Part shown: piece by piece, positions 63,448 through 64,000 of the stretch
Layout of the letters: each line of letters opens with the position of its first letter
Numbering within the stretch: the stretch's first letter is position 1
Assembly: GCA_002633005.1 (NCBI GenBank)
Contig: NMRA01000009.1
Coordinates: 1,163,169-1,227,168, forward strand
Length of the DNA: 64,000 nt
Source: Phoronis australis
Taxonomy: Eukaryota; Animalia; Phoronida
Reading direction: 5' to 3'
Made by a program: the position numbers and the translations under genes
Notes under the pieces: model-generated
What the model saw: only the letters and a program-made list of their open reading frames with translations
Told to the model about the DNA's origin: nothing
Database searches by the model: none

Positions 63448-64000
63448 CCGTATTCGCCCTAATAAGCACCCAGGGCGCTTAGAAAAATTCACTTCAGGAA
63501 GGGGGGCACTTATTATAGCCCAAAGTGGTTGAAACCCGGTCTCTGAAAGAGGTGAAATCGTAAGCTAGAATTCGTCAAATTTTCGCTCTGTGACACATTT
63601 TATAACCTATGACAGAGTTTCTACAAAATTGCAGTGCATTGCTATCAAACTCTGTTGTTAAATTTCGAGCATTTTTCAGAAATCCCAGTGCAAAAACTAG
63701 CCAACTGATGCATCACTGCCTCGCCATCGCCGATAGGTCAACTTGAATATAGTTTCATCTCGACAAATTACCGGAAGTCCTTAAGTTTTCAGAATAGCGT
63801 CCCTAACATTTTGAAGTTTCTGTGGAGTCGGGATTAAGTGCATATTAAGTCCAAATCTGCGCTAGATCGTACTCCACAACACGAGAACACGAACACACAT
63901 GTTGTCACGTGATGTTTGTTTTGAAGTTCGTATACGTGAGTGAGCGAGCGCGTGCGTGTCATCAGAGTTCATATGCCAGAGTAAACGTGATATAACATTC
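63448..64000 (+). mobile_element. CCGTA-ended element, running off the window end
   Basis: Reverse-complement homologue of ~54460-55031. Confidence 0.65.

Overview
Eukaryotic, intron-rich, AT-rich animal DNA (repeat content looks lophotrochozoan/mollusc-like; inference). Four protein-coding genes can be assembled by hand from GT-AG exons with consistent phases, arranged as two head-to-head pairs: AOPEP (minus, 13 coding exons, 20550->2595, ~719 aa) / PLAA (plus, 11 exons, 22417-37237, ~794 aa), and BSDC1 (minus, 9 exons, 59981->40365, ~408 aa) / a CABIT-domain THEMIS/GAREM-like adaptor (plus, from 60318, continuing past the exons found here). Introns hold many non-autonomous TIR elements (several with visible target-site duplications), a decayed Academ-like transposon, Helentron/HINE-like arrays, a LINE tail, a tRNA-derived SINE and minisatellites. 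Most notable: tandem repeats seeded from the genes' own coding sequence (one supplies the AOPEP stop codon), THEMIS2-like signalling motifs in an invertebrate CABIT protein, a nested GG...CC/8-bp-TSD insertion whose empty site is visible elsewhere in the window, and a HIRAN-like domain relic inside a CCGTA-ended element. No prokaryotic system or CRISPR array is present. All gene calls rest on recalled homologue motifs, not on database searches.
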